Shown here one piece after another: positions 35,845 through 49,227 of a DNA stretch of 64,000 bases (position 1 is the first letter of the stretch; every line of letters starts with the position of its first letter). The notes beneath the pieces are model-generated. The model was not told the origin of the DNA and did not search any database. It worked only from the letters and a program-made list of their open reading frames with translations. The stretch lies in the NCBI GenBank assembly GCA_028826165.1, contig JAPDFW010000056.1, forward strand, positions 434,001 to 498,000, written 5' to 3'. This DNA comes from Anaeramoeba ignava BMAN (lineage: Eukaryota; Protista; Anaeramoebae). A program made the position numbers and the translations under genes.

Positions 35845-36890
35845 AATTTTGGAAATTTAACCCAATTTAGCCCAGTTAATTGTGTTATATTTTAATTAAA
35901 TAAAATAATTTATAAATTAAAATAAAAATTGGAAATAATATTAATAATTAATTTATAAATTAAAATAAAAATCGGAAATAATTTAAATAATTAATTTATC
36001 AATAAAAATAAAAATTGGAAATAATTTAAATAAATAATTTATAAATAATTTTAGAAATTTAACCTAATTTAGCCCAGTTAATTGTGTTATATTTTAATTA
36101 AATAAATTAATTTATAAATTAAAATAAAAATCGGAAATAATTTAAATAATTAATTTATAAATAAAAATAAAAATCGGAAATAATTTAAATAATTAATTTA
36201 TAAATTAAAATAAAAATCGGAATTAATTTTAATAATTAATTTATCAATAAAAATAAAAATTGGAAATAATTTAAATAAATAATTTATAAATAATTTTGGA
36301 AATTTAATCTAATTTAGCCCAATTAATTGTGTTATATTTTAATTAAATAAGTTAATTTATGTAAATAAAAATAAAAATATAAATAAAATTTAAATAATTG
36401 ATTTAAATTAATTTATAAAAAATAAAAATTGGAAATAATTTAAATAAATAATTTATAAATAATTTTAGAAATTTAACCCAATTTAGCCCAGTTAATTGTG
36501 TTATATTTTAATTAAATAAATTAATTTATAAATTAAAATAAAAATCGGAAATAATTTTAATAATTAATTTGTAAATTAAAATAAAAATCGGAAATAATTT
36601 TAATAATTAATTTATCAATAAAAATAAAAATCGGAAATAATTTAATAAATAATTTATAAATAATTTTGGAAATTTAACCTAATTTAGCCCAATTAATTGT
36701 GTTATATTTTATTTAAATAAAATAATTTATAAATTAAAATAAAAATTGGAGATAATTTTAATAATTAATTTATCAATAAAAATAAAAATTGGAAATAATT
36801 TAAATAAATAATTTATAAATTAAAATAAAAATCGGAAATAATTTAAATAATTAATTTATAAATAAAAATAAAAATTGGAAATAAATTTTA
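35845..36890. repeat. Higher-order intergenic repeat: five ~170-245-nt units built from shorter subunits
   Basis: AATTTAGCCCA(G/A)TTAATTGTGTTATATTTT at ~35864, 36066, 36311, 36480 and 36681, separated by AAAATAAAAAT(C/T)GGAAATAATTT subunits. Confidence 0.85.
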
Positions 36891-37127
36891 AATTATAAAA
36901 TTAAATTGTTTTTGCTTTGTTTTTTTTTTTGGAATTTTATTATTTTTGTGATTAGAAATGGAAATGGAAATATTTTCCTCTTTTTCAAAAACAAAATCAA
37001 AATCAAAAAGAAAAACTAAATTTCAAAAAGAAAAGAGAATTCGGGAAATGGAAATGGAAATTAAAATTAAAATCAAAATCAAAATTTAAAATTAAAAGGG
37101 AAATGGAAATTAAAATTGAAATTAAAA

Positions 37128-40100
37128 TTACTTGCACTTTGAAAACAAAATGGATTTGAAAATCATACGGAAAAACAAAAAGATGGCATAGCAACACAAA
37201 AGAAAAGAAGCAACAAAAAGGAAGTATCTAAAAACATCGCCAACAATATCCATTGCCTGTTTTCCAGGAGCGATACCTCCATAAGACCAAGTCGAATGGA
37301 TAAGATTAACAGCGGAAAATAGGGTGAGGATAAAAAGCGAGACAGTCTGGAGCCTGTTGTGTATTTTAAGGAGAAAGGGGTTTGTTTGGAGATGTGCTAT
37401 TAAGATGAGCAGCGAAAAAGAGGTAATCAAAAAAACCCTTAAGGAGTTATTATTTGCGTATGAGTTGGCGAAAATAAGCACCACTCGCCATAAAAGCATC
37501 ACACATGAAAACCAGTAATAACGTTCTCTAAAGGGAAAATAAAAGGAGTTTCGCCAGTTCAAAAAATTTTTCGAAATTGTTTTCCGGCGAAGAATCCAGA
37601 AAAGCAAAAACGGAAGCAAAACAAGGATCAAAATGAGAATAATCACAAAGATCTGCCAGCCTTGATAGCAGGATACGGATGCGAAGAGGAAGATTCTGCG
37701 CTGTGGTTCATTCTCATAGGGTATCTTAATGCAAGAGGTGAGATTTGCAAAAGCGTTGAGGATCGGAAAGTAGGAAAGAAACAAGATTGTCAACAGTGAG
37801 ATTCCCAGTCTTTTTGTTAAGCTTTGTGAGGGAAACAATTTGGCTTCTTCTTCCGCAATCTGTATGATTTTCTCCCGCCGCACATCCTCGTTTACAAGCT
37901 TCTCGATCTCGGGGAAAATGCGGATCAAGTTTGCGATGTCTGGCGGATCGAGATCGGATAGATCCTGATCGTTGGGGAGCGTTGATAAGGAGGAAGTATC
38001 ATCGCTTGGAACGTCGTTATCTCGGATATCGGCGATTTTCTCTGCACGTTGCCACTCTGCGGGGTTTGTGTCGGATACAAGTTGCGCTTCAAGTCGGTTG
38101 ATCTGAGCAACGATTGATTTTGTTTTTATTTTGGGTGCAATAGGCTCTTTTGGCTTGTCAATGCCGCTGTCAATGTCGCTGTCTTTGTCGTCATTTGACT
38201 TTGGTTTTTTTGGATCGTTGTCTGAATCAGATTGTGAATGGGAATCAGAGAGTTTTTCAGCGGCCTTTGCGCGACGGATCTTTGTGAATATGAGGATGGA
38301 GAAGTAAACAGCAAAGACAGCAAGGAAAAATGTAAAGGGACCAACGAGCTGCATGGCCATTTTTTGCGCAGAGTTGATGGGTGATGCAGAGGGACATGCT
38401 GCGAAGTCGGAGAAGATCTCGAGATTTGTCTGCAGGGAAACGAGCTGAGAGAAGGAAATGAGGATGTCTATAAAGGCTTCAAGGGGTTGTGTGTGAAGGA
38501 TAGGAAGAACGAGGATGAGGACTTGGAAGAAGTACGAAAAATGTGGAATGAAGCCGACTTGAGTTGGGGTATATAAAGAAGAAGGATTGCATAGATGATC
38601 ACTTTGGGGAGAAGCAGAAGAAGAAACTGTGCAATTTGTGTGTGGCACTTCTCTGTCGAGGCACAATGTGGATGCATTCTGAGCGTTTCTGTGTAGCCTG
38701 GTTTGCAATCTCCACAAAGAGTTCCATCACGGTTTCCTGAGCAGTGGCTATACTGGGCGAATTCAGAGTCTTCATTAGAGCAATAATCTGTTGGACAAAA
38801 AAAGAACGTTATATCTTTTTTTGCTGGATCAAGTTGAGTACCCCAAAATCCTGATTTGGCCCGAATATCCATTCCACCCCGGCAAATTGCTTCTGCCGGA
38901 CAATCAAAACAAGTTCCGGCAGTTATACTTGAACTGGCCAACGGAAAACTGTATGTTCCCGGCAAGCATACATCACAACCGAAAGAGTGCTCGAGTGCTT
39001 GCTCGAAATTGACCTCCTCGTTGATTGTTACAACACTATTTGACGGGCATTTTACCGAATTGTTACTGACCCAATTAGGGGTTTTGGGGGATAAAATTTC
39101 CACAAAAGTTTCATCTTGGATCTGTGCTTTGTACATGTTGTTTCTTATTGTGACAAGTGAGTCTGTGAACGCAAACATCGCGACACTCTGCTCTGCTGTG
39201 TTGTTTTCGTAAACAGACTCAGACTCCACAACCGTTGTGTTGCTTGAAATATAAACACATCCCGCGTTGATTGCTGAATTGTTCGCAAAAGTGTTTTTTG
39301 AAAGAGACAGATCGGAATCAGTTTCGATATAAATGGCGCCTCCAAAATCCGCGAAATTGTGCGTGAAGGAATTGGATTCAAACACAATATCTGTGTTTTG
39401 CATCGCGGAAATGGACTCTGCGAAATTGGAAAGATAACCGACAAAAAAACCGATTGTTCCTTTATGACCCAAATTGGAGTCAAAAGTGTTATTTATAATT
39501 TGGTATTGCATATCCTGCGCCAAATTGATTTGCATTGTAACTGCCCCAGACTTTGCGTTTCCTGTGTTGTTTGCGAAGATGTTCTGCGTTAAGTTTGCCT
39601 TCAGTGTTGACAAGTTAGATGTCGAAATCTCTGCCGCGCCGGTTTTGTTTCCGTAGTTATTTTGGAAGACATTCCCAGTAATATTTGCCTGGAAAACCCG
39701 TTGCAAAAGATCGTTGTCAATCAGCAGAACACCAGATTGCGCGCCGTTATTATTTGCAAAGGAGTTATCGAGGATATCGAGGAAAAAATCAGATGAAGAT
39801 CCAACCGCTTCCACAAAAACGGATCCTATTTGTCCGCTATTTTGCGTGAACGAACTCGACACAATCTGGATCTGCGGGCTAGTTGTCCCGCTCACATTTG
39901 AAACGATGCCGATCGAGCTTGCTCCGCTGACATCGTTGGTATTCTCGGCAAACTGTGAGTTTTGGATCATGACAAAATTCGGGTTTTCCACAAAAATTGA
40001 TCCGCTAAATAAAACACTGGAGTCTGCTGTCGCTGTTCCACTCACTTGGTTTCTCCAAAAAACACAATTACTCACGTTAAGATTGCCGTTGACAACATGC

Positions 40101-40516
40101 ACGGCTGCTCCTTTCGCAGACGTTGTTGACCCAGTGCTAATCAAACAATTTTGGAACTTAATTTTGTTTAATTGCAAAGTTCCTGTTGATCCTGTATAAT
40201 TTGCCACAATTCCATAGTCCATATTGGCGCACCCAATCTCGCATGTCTCGGCATCGCAAGCAATCTCTACCGACTTCGATGTAGTGATGTTAGTGTTGCC
40301 TGTCCCAGAACAAGTGGCTGATGTTATTAGAATTGTTCCGTTTTCTGGTATTAAATTAAGTGCGCTTGTTATATCTCCACATGGAGTTGTGAAATCTCCA
40401 CAAGCCCCTGTGTTTGTTGTTGTGCAATCAACATATAGCGTGGTTATGCTTTCCACTTTTTTTGTAAATATTAATAGTATTGTAATTGTTATTATGAATA
40501 TTTTGGAATTTTTCAT
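37128..40516 (-). CDS. Beta-helix (Pmp-like FxxN/GGAI) + Cys-rich + multi-pass membrane protein, ~1,129 aa; one apparent 1-nt deletion near 38540
   Basis: Signal peptide MKNSKIFIITITILLIF. Repeated FxxN..G motifs (FTHNFADFGGAIYI). CDVCLPGTYS..CFDCP..C.GG..GFW..CPTDYC..C.GNRDGTLCGDCKPGY. Seven or more hydrophobic helices in ORF 37128..38717. The frames join at HIF/SYFFQV across the A5 run 38537-38541. Confidence 0.8.
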
Positions 40517-40721
40517 TTTTTTTAATTTAATTTTAATTTAAATTTTTCAAAAGAATTTTTCTTTTATTTGATTTAATTATTTAAACTATGAAAAAAAATA
40601 GAAAAAAAATGAAAAAAAATGAAATGAAAAAAAAAATTTCTTTTATTTGGAATCAATCAAATTTTGTGAAAAGAAAAAAAAGAAAAAAAAGAAAAAGAAA
40701 TCAAATTGGAAAAAAGAAAAA

Positions 40722-43700
40722 TTATTGAGTTATAAAACCCAAAACAGCATTAATAATCTCATCATGTTCAACAGAGAAAGTGTGTTCAATTCCATCAAAA
40801 CCTTGACAAGTAACAATTTCCTTTTGATTTTGAGGCCATTCCGAACAAGCAGTAATAACGACATCATGATTACAAGTTCCATCACCATTTCCGTAAGTTA
40901 AATCATAATCACCACCAATTTTATCTTTAAAATTGACACAAATTGGAGTTTTAACGTTAGTTCCATAAAGAATGTGAGTTGGTACTTGAGGAGCATCAAA
41001 AACAGCTGCTGATTCATAAGTCAAGTTCAGTAATATATGTGCAGATTCTTCAAGTCCTAATTCAGTTATCATTTCGTGATATTGATCAATTGTTGGATAG
41101 TAATTTTTTGATGGTGATGTTACAACAGGATCTTTCCACCATCTTCCGTTAGGTAAAAAGTAGTATATGCTTGGTAATGTTCTTTCTAATGGTGCTACAT
41201 CTGATGGAATAATAAATGGAATTCCTAAATTGAATCCATCATTCTATTTTAATTTTAATTTTATAAATTTTATTAATTTTATAAATTTTATAAATGAATT
41301 TTGATTTTATAAATGAATTTTGATTTTATAAATTTTATAAATGAATTTTAATTTTGATTTTATAAATGAATTTTGATTTTATAAATTGATTTTAATTTTG
41401 ATTTTGATTTTGATTATATAAATGAATTTTAATTATATAAATGAATTTTGATTTTATAAATGAATTTTGATTTTATAAATGAATTTTAATTTTATAAATG
41501 AATTTTAATTTTATAAATGAATTTTAATTTTATAAATGAATTTTGATTTTGATTTTGATTTTGATATTGATTTTGATTTTATAAATTAATTTTGATTTTG
41601 ATTTTGATTTTATAAATTAATTTTGGTTTTGATTTTGATTTTGATTTTAATTTTAATTATATAAATTAATTTTGATTTTAATTTTGATTTTGATTTTGAT
41701 TTTATAAATAAATTTTGATTTTATAAATAAATTTTAATTTTATAAATGAATTTTGTAAATTTTATAAATTTTATAAATGAATTTTAATTTTAAAAAATAA
41801 GAAACAAACCAATGATCTAACTGAAGAAATAACACCACCCCAAGCAGGAGAAATAGGGATGAATTTTGCGATATATTTCTGTTTCCATTCAGTAGAAAGT
41901 TGAGAAGCTAAATAAACAAAAAGAGAACCACCCATTGAATGAGTAACAATAACAACAGAAGTATTTCCATTGATTTTATAAGCATATTCAATAGTATCTT
42001 TAACCCAAACCAAATATGAAGTCAAATTAAAAGGAGCCAATCTCCAATCAAAAGGCATTGGAAACATGTTTTTCCCTTCAATATATCCTAATTCTTCAAA
42101 TGCTGCTATCATTTTTGCAAAATATCCTGTGATAAACCATAATTCAGGATCTAAATCTGAAATTCCTGCAGATCCTGTTACTGGTCTAACAGTAGCTCCT
42201 TTTGGACTGTGTACTTTTTGTGTTGTTGAATTGAATTCTACAGAAAGCATTTCTATCCAACACTAAAATATTAAATATTGAATTGAATTGAATTAAATAT
42301 TGGATTGAATAGAATTGAATTGAATTGAATATTGAATTGAATTGAATATTGAATTGAATATTGAATATTAAATATTAAATTAAATATTAAATTAAATATT
42401 AAATTGAATATTAAATTAAATATTAAATTGAATATTAAATTAAATATTAAATATTAAATTAAATATTAAATTGAATATTAAATTAAATATTAAATATTAA
42501 ATTAAATATCAAAATTGAATATCGAATTAAATATCAAAATTGAATATTGGATTGAATATTGAATTGAATTGAATATTAAATTGAAAATATCAAAAATTGA
42601 ATATTAAATATTAAATTGAATTGAATATTGGATTAAATATTAAATTGAATATTGAATTGAATTAAATATTGAATTGAATTGAATATTGAATTGAATATTG
42701 AATTGAATTAAATATTGAATATTAAATATTGAATATTAAATATTGAATTAAATATTAAATATTGAATTAAATATTAAATTAAATTGAATATTAAATTAAA
42801 TATTAAATTGAATATTAAATTAAATTGAATTGAATTGAATTGAATATTAAATTGAATTGAATATTGAATTGAATATTAAATTAAATATTAAATTGAATAT
42901 TGAATTAAATATTGAATATTGAATTGAATTGAATTGAATTGAATTAAATTGAATATTAAATTGAATTAAATATTGAATATTAAATATTAAATTGAATTAA
43001 ATATAAATATTGAATTGAATTAAATTGAATTAAAATATTGAATATTAAATATTAAATTGAATTAAATATTGAATATTAAATTAAAATTGAATTAAATATT
43101 GAATTGAATTAAATATTAAAATTAAATATTGAATTGAATATTGAATTAAAAATTGAATATTGAATAGAATTGAATTGAATATTGAATTAAATATTGAATT
43201 AAATTGAATATTAAATTAAATATTGAATTAAATATTAAATTAAATATTAAATTGATATTAAAAATTGAAAAAATTGAATTGAATTAAATTGAATTGAATT
43301 GAATTAAATATTAAATTGAATTAAATATTGAATTAAATATTGAATTGAATTAAATATTAAATTGAATATTAAATATCAAAATTGAATATTGGATTGAATA
43401 TTGAATTGAATATTAAATTAAATATTAAATTAAATATTGAATTGAATATTAAATTGAATATTGAATTGAATTAAATTGAATTGAATATTGAATTAAATAT
43501 TAAATTGAATTGAATTGAATTGAATTGAATTGAATTGAATTGAATTGAATTGAAAATATCAAAATTAAATATTAAATTGAATATTAAATTAAATATTAAA
43601 TATTAAATATTAAATTGAATATTAAATATCAAAATTAAATATTGAATTGAATCGAATATTGAATATTGAATATTGAATTGAATCGAATATTGAATAGAAT

Positions 43701-44279
43701 TGAATTAAATATTGAATATTAAATTGAATATTGAATTGAATTAAATTTGAATTGAATATTAAATTGAAAATATCAAAATTGATCAAAAAATTAAATTGAA
43801 AATATCAAAATTTATAAAAGAAATTGTATTTACTTCTATCAATTCAGGAACAAGTCTATCAACAGCAACCCAAGCTCTGAACCAATCTTCATTTTCTTTA
43901 CAAAACCAATATTTACTTTTAAAATCTTTTAATTCAGCTTGTAATTTTGTACCAGCCAATCCTTTTATCCAAAAAAAAAAAATTTAATTAAAAATTTAAT
44001 TAAAAAAAAAAATATTTAATTTAATAATAATAATAAACCTGGCATAATTAAAATTGGATTTAAAGTAACAGAATCATGTGTTTTTAAAAATTCTTTGCCT
44101 AATTTAGATCCTTCTTTCCAGTTATCGTTGTAGTCTCTATTGGTTGGCTAATTAAGTTTATTTTTTATTTTTATATTTTATTTTATTATTTTTTTGGTTT
44201 ATTTAATTAAAAATACTTGTTGAAGAGTTGAGATCGAAAGAAAGATAATTAAAATAATTATTGAAAAAGAATAAACCAT
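40722..44279 (-). CDS. LCAT / lysosomal phospholipase A2 (group XV)-like acyltransferase
   Basis: Exons 44279-44217, 44147-44039, 43961-43834, 42262-41810, 41243-40722. Signal peptide, PILIMPGLAGTKLQA, PFDWRLAP, nucleophile THSMGG, GNGDGT, EH. Confidence 0.9.
42270..43800. repeat. Intronic (ATTGA/ATTAA/AATATT) satellite in the 1.57-kb LCAT intron
   Basis: Intron 43833-42263 is filled with ttgaatatt/ttaaatatt units. Confidence 0.85.
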
Positions 44280-44489
44280 TTTTTTAAAAAGAGAAAAGAA
44301 AAGAAAAGAAAAAAAATGTTTTTTGGTTTTTTTCAATTAATTTTTTTTTTTAATTTTTTTTTTTGGCTTTTTTAATTAAAATTTTTTTTTTTTTTTATTT
44401 TGGATCAAAAAAAAAAAATCAAATCAAATCAAATTAAGAAAGTAAAAGAAAAAGTAAAAGAAAAAAAAAGAATTAAAGAGTAAAGTAAA

Positions 44490-47400
44490 TCAACGGAAAA
44501 AAAGCAAGAAAATCAAAACGAGGTAAAAAGAGAATGAAATAAGGAAAGAATCATTTGTAGCAACAGGATTTGGCAAATTAGGACAATCAAATTGAGATTG
44601 GACACAAATCTCAGTTCCAGGACAAACAGTTTCACCACTTGGACAATTAGTTTCATTAACTTTTGATTTTTCGATAATCAAGTATTTGCCGGGAGAAATA
44701 ATTTGACCGTAAGATTCATTATTACTAACATAAGTGAGATCTGAAACACAAACAAATTTGCCCGAAGTTTCGTTGATTGTTGCCAAGCAATAGTTTGCGA
44801 TCTGGTCAGAAGAGATATTGGAATTAGGATATAAAAATCCGAGATTGACAGGTTCTTTGAAGTCTTCAGTATAATTTCCGTTGATTTTAATGTCGAATAA
44901 AGTGGAGATTATATTGGAGAAATCGGAGGTGTAATTTCTGAGATAACTATCAGGCATTCCGCAAATATAGATAGCGTCTCCCTGATTTGCGGCGCCACTT
45001 GAACCTGTGAGATAGCCAAGTTTGACGTCTGTGTAATTCTGCGCGAAGACTTCGTAATTGAACGTGGAGATGCCTGTGTCGTGATAATAAGTGTTGCATT
45101 GCGGATTGTATTCAGGCTGCGGGATTGGACAATCATTGGGATCCGCTACACAAGTTCCGTTTGCGCAGTAGAAAAGAGGTTGGTTTGTTGTTCCGTTATC
45201 GCATTTCATCATGCAATTTTCAATATCATCTGTGCATGTGAAATCTGGGCAATAAATAGGAAGTTCTGTTGGACATCCGTTATATGGTCCGCAAACTTCC
45301 ATGCAAGAACCATCGGGACATCGAATAGTCCCGTTTGTGCATGCGTTCACTGCATTGCAGTTGTCGGTGTAGTTCACGCATGATCCATCGAGACATCTTT
45401 TGGGAAGATCTCGAGGACATCCGTTGATTGTCGGACACTCGTAGATGTCGTCCACACACCGTCCGTCCCAGCATCGATAGGTGTCATTTGGGCACGGCAA
45501 GTATCCTCCACTGCAATCTGATGGGTTCACTGCGCATGATCCGTCGTAGCATGTGTATGCTGGGCAGTATGATGGGTTCCATCCAGGACAATACACTGCA
45601 TTTGATACGCATGCCCCGTTCTCGCATCGGATTGGATATATTTCGGGACATGTTGTGTTACACATTGTCGAGTTGATTACGCAATATAAGTTCCAGCATC
45701 GATATGGTGCAATGTCGGGGCAAGGAGGATATAATGGGCAGAATGTGTAATTTTGAACACAAACTCCGCTTGCGCATAAATATGGATCCTCTTCTGGGCA
45801 GTAGATTCGTGAGGCGCAATGAGTACTGTCGGCCACACATGTTCCATCAACACATAAATATGGGTAACTTGGATCAAGGCATCCGTTTGGTGGATATAAT
45901 GTGCAATTTTCTCGATATGGAACACATGCTCCACTTGCGCATAAATATCCATCGCATGTAGTTCCAACACAATATTGTGTACTGTTTATACAGGTTCCAT
46001 TTGGGCATCTGTATGGACGATCTGTTGGGCAAGCATAACTTGAGTTGCATGTGTCTATGAGGTCGTAAGTGCTTTTAATTAATTAAAATTAAATTAAAAT
46101 TAAATTAAAATAAAAATTAAATTTAAATTTAAAATTAAAATTAAAATTAAAATAAATTAAATTAAATTTAAAATTAAAATTAAATTTAAATTTAAATTTA
46201 AAATTAAATTAAAATTAAAATAAAATTTAATTAAATTTAAAATTAAAATTAAATTTGAAATAAAATTTAAAATTAAAATAAATTAAAATAAAAATTAAAA
46301 TAAACACTTACACACATTGTCCATCAGGACAACGATACGGTTTATCTGGAGGACATCCATTACCAGGATTATAAGTGCAATTAGTTTCATTAATAACACA
46401 TGTACCATCATAACAACGATAAGGATACTCTTCAGGACATCCAGTATCAACAGGACATTGAGACTCATTATCAACACACATTCCAGTTGCTGGACCAGTT
46501 AAGCATCTATAAGGATGAATAGGAGTGCAAGTATCATCATTTCCACCATCAGGATCCGTATCAGGATCTCTGCATGTTCCATCAGCTCTTCGTGTTTGAT
46601 TGCAATCACAATCATAAATTGCAGGACAAAGTCTTGTATCTTCAACACAAATTCCAATTGCGCATAAATAAGGAACATCCATACTGCAATATCCTTCTCC
46701 ATTTTGATACATCTCATTATCGGTAATTGGACAACTTGAAGAGTTGACTACACATAATCCTGATGGGCATTTATATGGTGTTTCTACATCTCGGCACCAA
46801 TATGGATCTGGGCAATCTTCCAATGTTGGTCTGCATTCTCCTGTTAAACATCTAGCTGGATTCGTTGCTGGACATCCATTACCTTGGATATCTCCACATT
46901 GTGAAGTTAATGGAATGCAACTTTTATCTGCGCATATTTGGTGTGTTGTTGTATTGCACACAAATGATGAATTACATTGGCTAATATTAGCAACACATTT
47001 ACCATCCTATATTTAATTTTATATTTAATTTTAATTTTGATTTTGATTTTCATTTTCATTTTCATTTTCATTTTAATTTTCATTTTAATTTTCATTTTAA
47101 TTTTCATTTTCATTTTCATTTTAATTTTAATTTTCATTTTATAAATACAATGCATTTGAATGGTCTCCATCCTGGGCAATATATATCATTTAAACAAGAT
47201 TCAACGCCAGGTGTACATTCACCATTTGGTGTACATCTATAATGATCTGGTTCAAATGGACAAGTACACTTTGTATAATTATCAGTGCAAGAACGATCGG
47301 GACAAACAATAGGAGCTATAAATAATTAATTTTATAAATAAATTTTATATTTAATTTTATATTTAATTTATAAATAATTTTATAAATATTTTTATAATTA

Positions 47401-48898
47401 ATTTTATAATTAATTTTATAAATATTTTTATAATTAATTTTATAATTAATTTTATAAATAATTTTATAAATAATTTTATATTTAATTTATAATTAATTTT
47501 ATAAATAATTTTATATTTAATTTTATAAATAATTTAATAAATAATTTTATATTTAATTTTATAAATAATTTTATAAATAATTTAATAATTAATTTTATAA
47601 TTAATTTTTATATATAATTTAATAAATAATTTTATAAATAATTTTATAAATAATTTTATAAATAATTTTATATTAATTTTATATTTAATTTTATAAATAA
47701 TTTTATAAAATAATTTTTATTTAATTTTAAATAATTTTAAATAATTTTAATTAATTTTATATTTAATTTTATATTTAATTTTTAATTTTATATTTAATTT
47801 TAATAATTTTTAAATAATTTTATAAATAATTTTATATTTAATTTTTTATAATTTAATTTTATATTTTAATAATTTTATAAATAATTTTATATATAATTTT
47901 TTTTATATTTAATTTTATATATAATTTTATAAATAATAATTTTTATATTTAATATTTTACCTGCTATTAATTTTATATTTAATTTTATATATAAATAAAT
48001 AATTTTATATTTAATATTTTACCTGCTATTGGGCAATCAGGATATAAAAGGCAATCATCACCACATGCAACACATCTACCATCAGGACATCTTTTAGCTA
48101 TAAAAAATTAAAATTAAAATTAAAAATAAGTTTTGTTAAATCTTATGAATTTTAAATGAGAGAAAAAAATTTTTTTTTTTGGATTATTTTGATTAAAATT
48201 TCCAAATTTTTAATTTTTAAATAAATTTTATAAATCAAAATAAAACAATAAATGAAAAATTCAAGTATCAAATATTGACTTATTCAATTAAAAAAATAAT
48301 AATAAATAATAAATAATAAATAATACCATCATGACCAAGTGAAGAAGGGCAAGTGTCATTTGTTTCATAACCTGGTGATGGACAATCAGAAGACATATTG
48401 ACACATACACCTGTATAACAGAAAAACATATCCATTTCTGCTGAACCTGGACAACAATCTGCTGGATCTTCAACACAATTTCCATTGTTGGAACATTTGT
48501 ATGGTGTTGATCCTGAACAATCTGTTTGACATGTTTCTGTTGCATTAATACATCGGAAAAGTTGATCACAATATGTTTTTCCTGTTGGGCAAACTGGTGT
48601 TGTTGATATAAAACCTTTAAAATAAAAAAAAATTTGAAAAAAAAATTGTTTTTAAGTGGAAAAAATTTTTTTTTGCTTTTGTTTTTGTTTTTTATTTTTG
48701 TTATGTTATTGTTTTTTATTTTTGTTATTGTTATTTTTGGAATGTTGTAAATGTGTTGTGTTATGTTTTGTGTGTTGTGTTATGTTTTTGTTTTATTTTG
48801 TTATTTTTGGAATGATGTAAATGTTTTGTATTTTATGTTTTTGTGTGCAAAATCATACTCAAGAAAAACAAAAACAGTAAACCTATCAAGAGTTTCAT
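44490..48898 (-). CDS. Cysteine-rich cell-surface protein with many CPxxxPYxCxxGxCVxxxxxC repeats and a C-terminal hydrophobic (GPI/TM) anchor
   Basis: Signal peptide MKLLIGLLFLFFL. Exons ~48898-48859, 48614-48327, 48097-48023, 47315-47149, 47006-46312, 46071-44490 join in frame. Ends SFLISFSFYLVLIFLLFFR. Confidence 0.82.
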
Positions 48899-49227
48899 AA
48901 AAATTAACTCCAAAATAATTTTTGTAAATTTAATAAAAAGAAAAAGAAAAAAATGAAAAAAATGAAAAAAAATGAAAAAAATGAAAAAATTTTTTTTTAA
49001 ATTTATTATTTTAAAATTGAATTTGTTTGAAAAGAAAAAAAGAAAAGAAAAAAAGAAAAAGAAAAAAGAAGAATTTGAATTGATATTTTTTCTGAAATGG
49101 AAAAAAATTTGAAAAATCGAAAGTAATCGAAAGGAAAAATTCAAAACCAAAAAAGTGGAAAATGGAAAATGGAAAAAAATCAACCACATTTCAATTTTGA
49201 ATTAATTTTCTTCAAAACACTTTCTTT

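Noticed and set aside
35845-36890. Regularly spaced conserved cores resembling a CRISPR array
   Set aside because: The spacers are long and themselves repetitive, the context is eukaryotic, and there are no cas genes
6094-44279. Apparent functional cluster of lysosomal and lipid genes (GH38, CAP, BCAS3, SCP2, LCAT)
   Set aside because: Interspersed with unrelated housekeeping genes, with no evidence of co-regulation; likely chance
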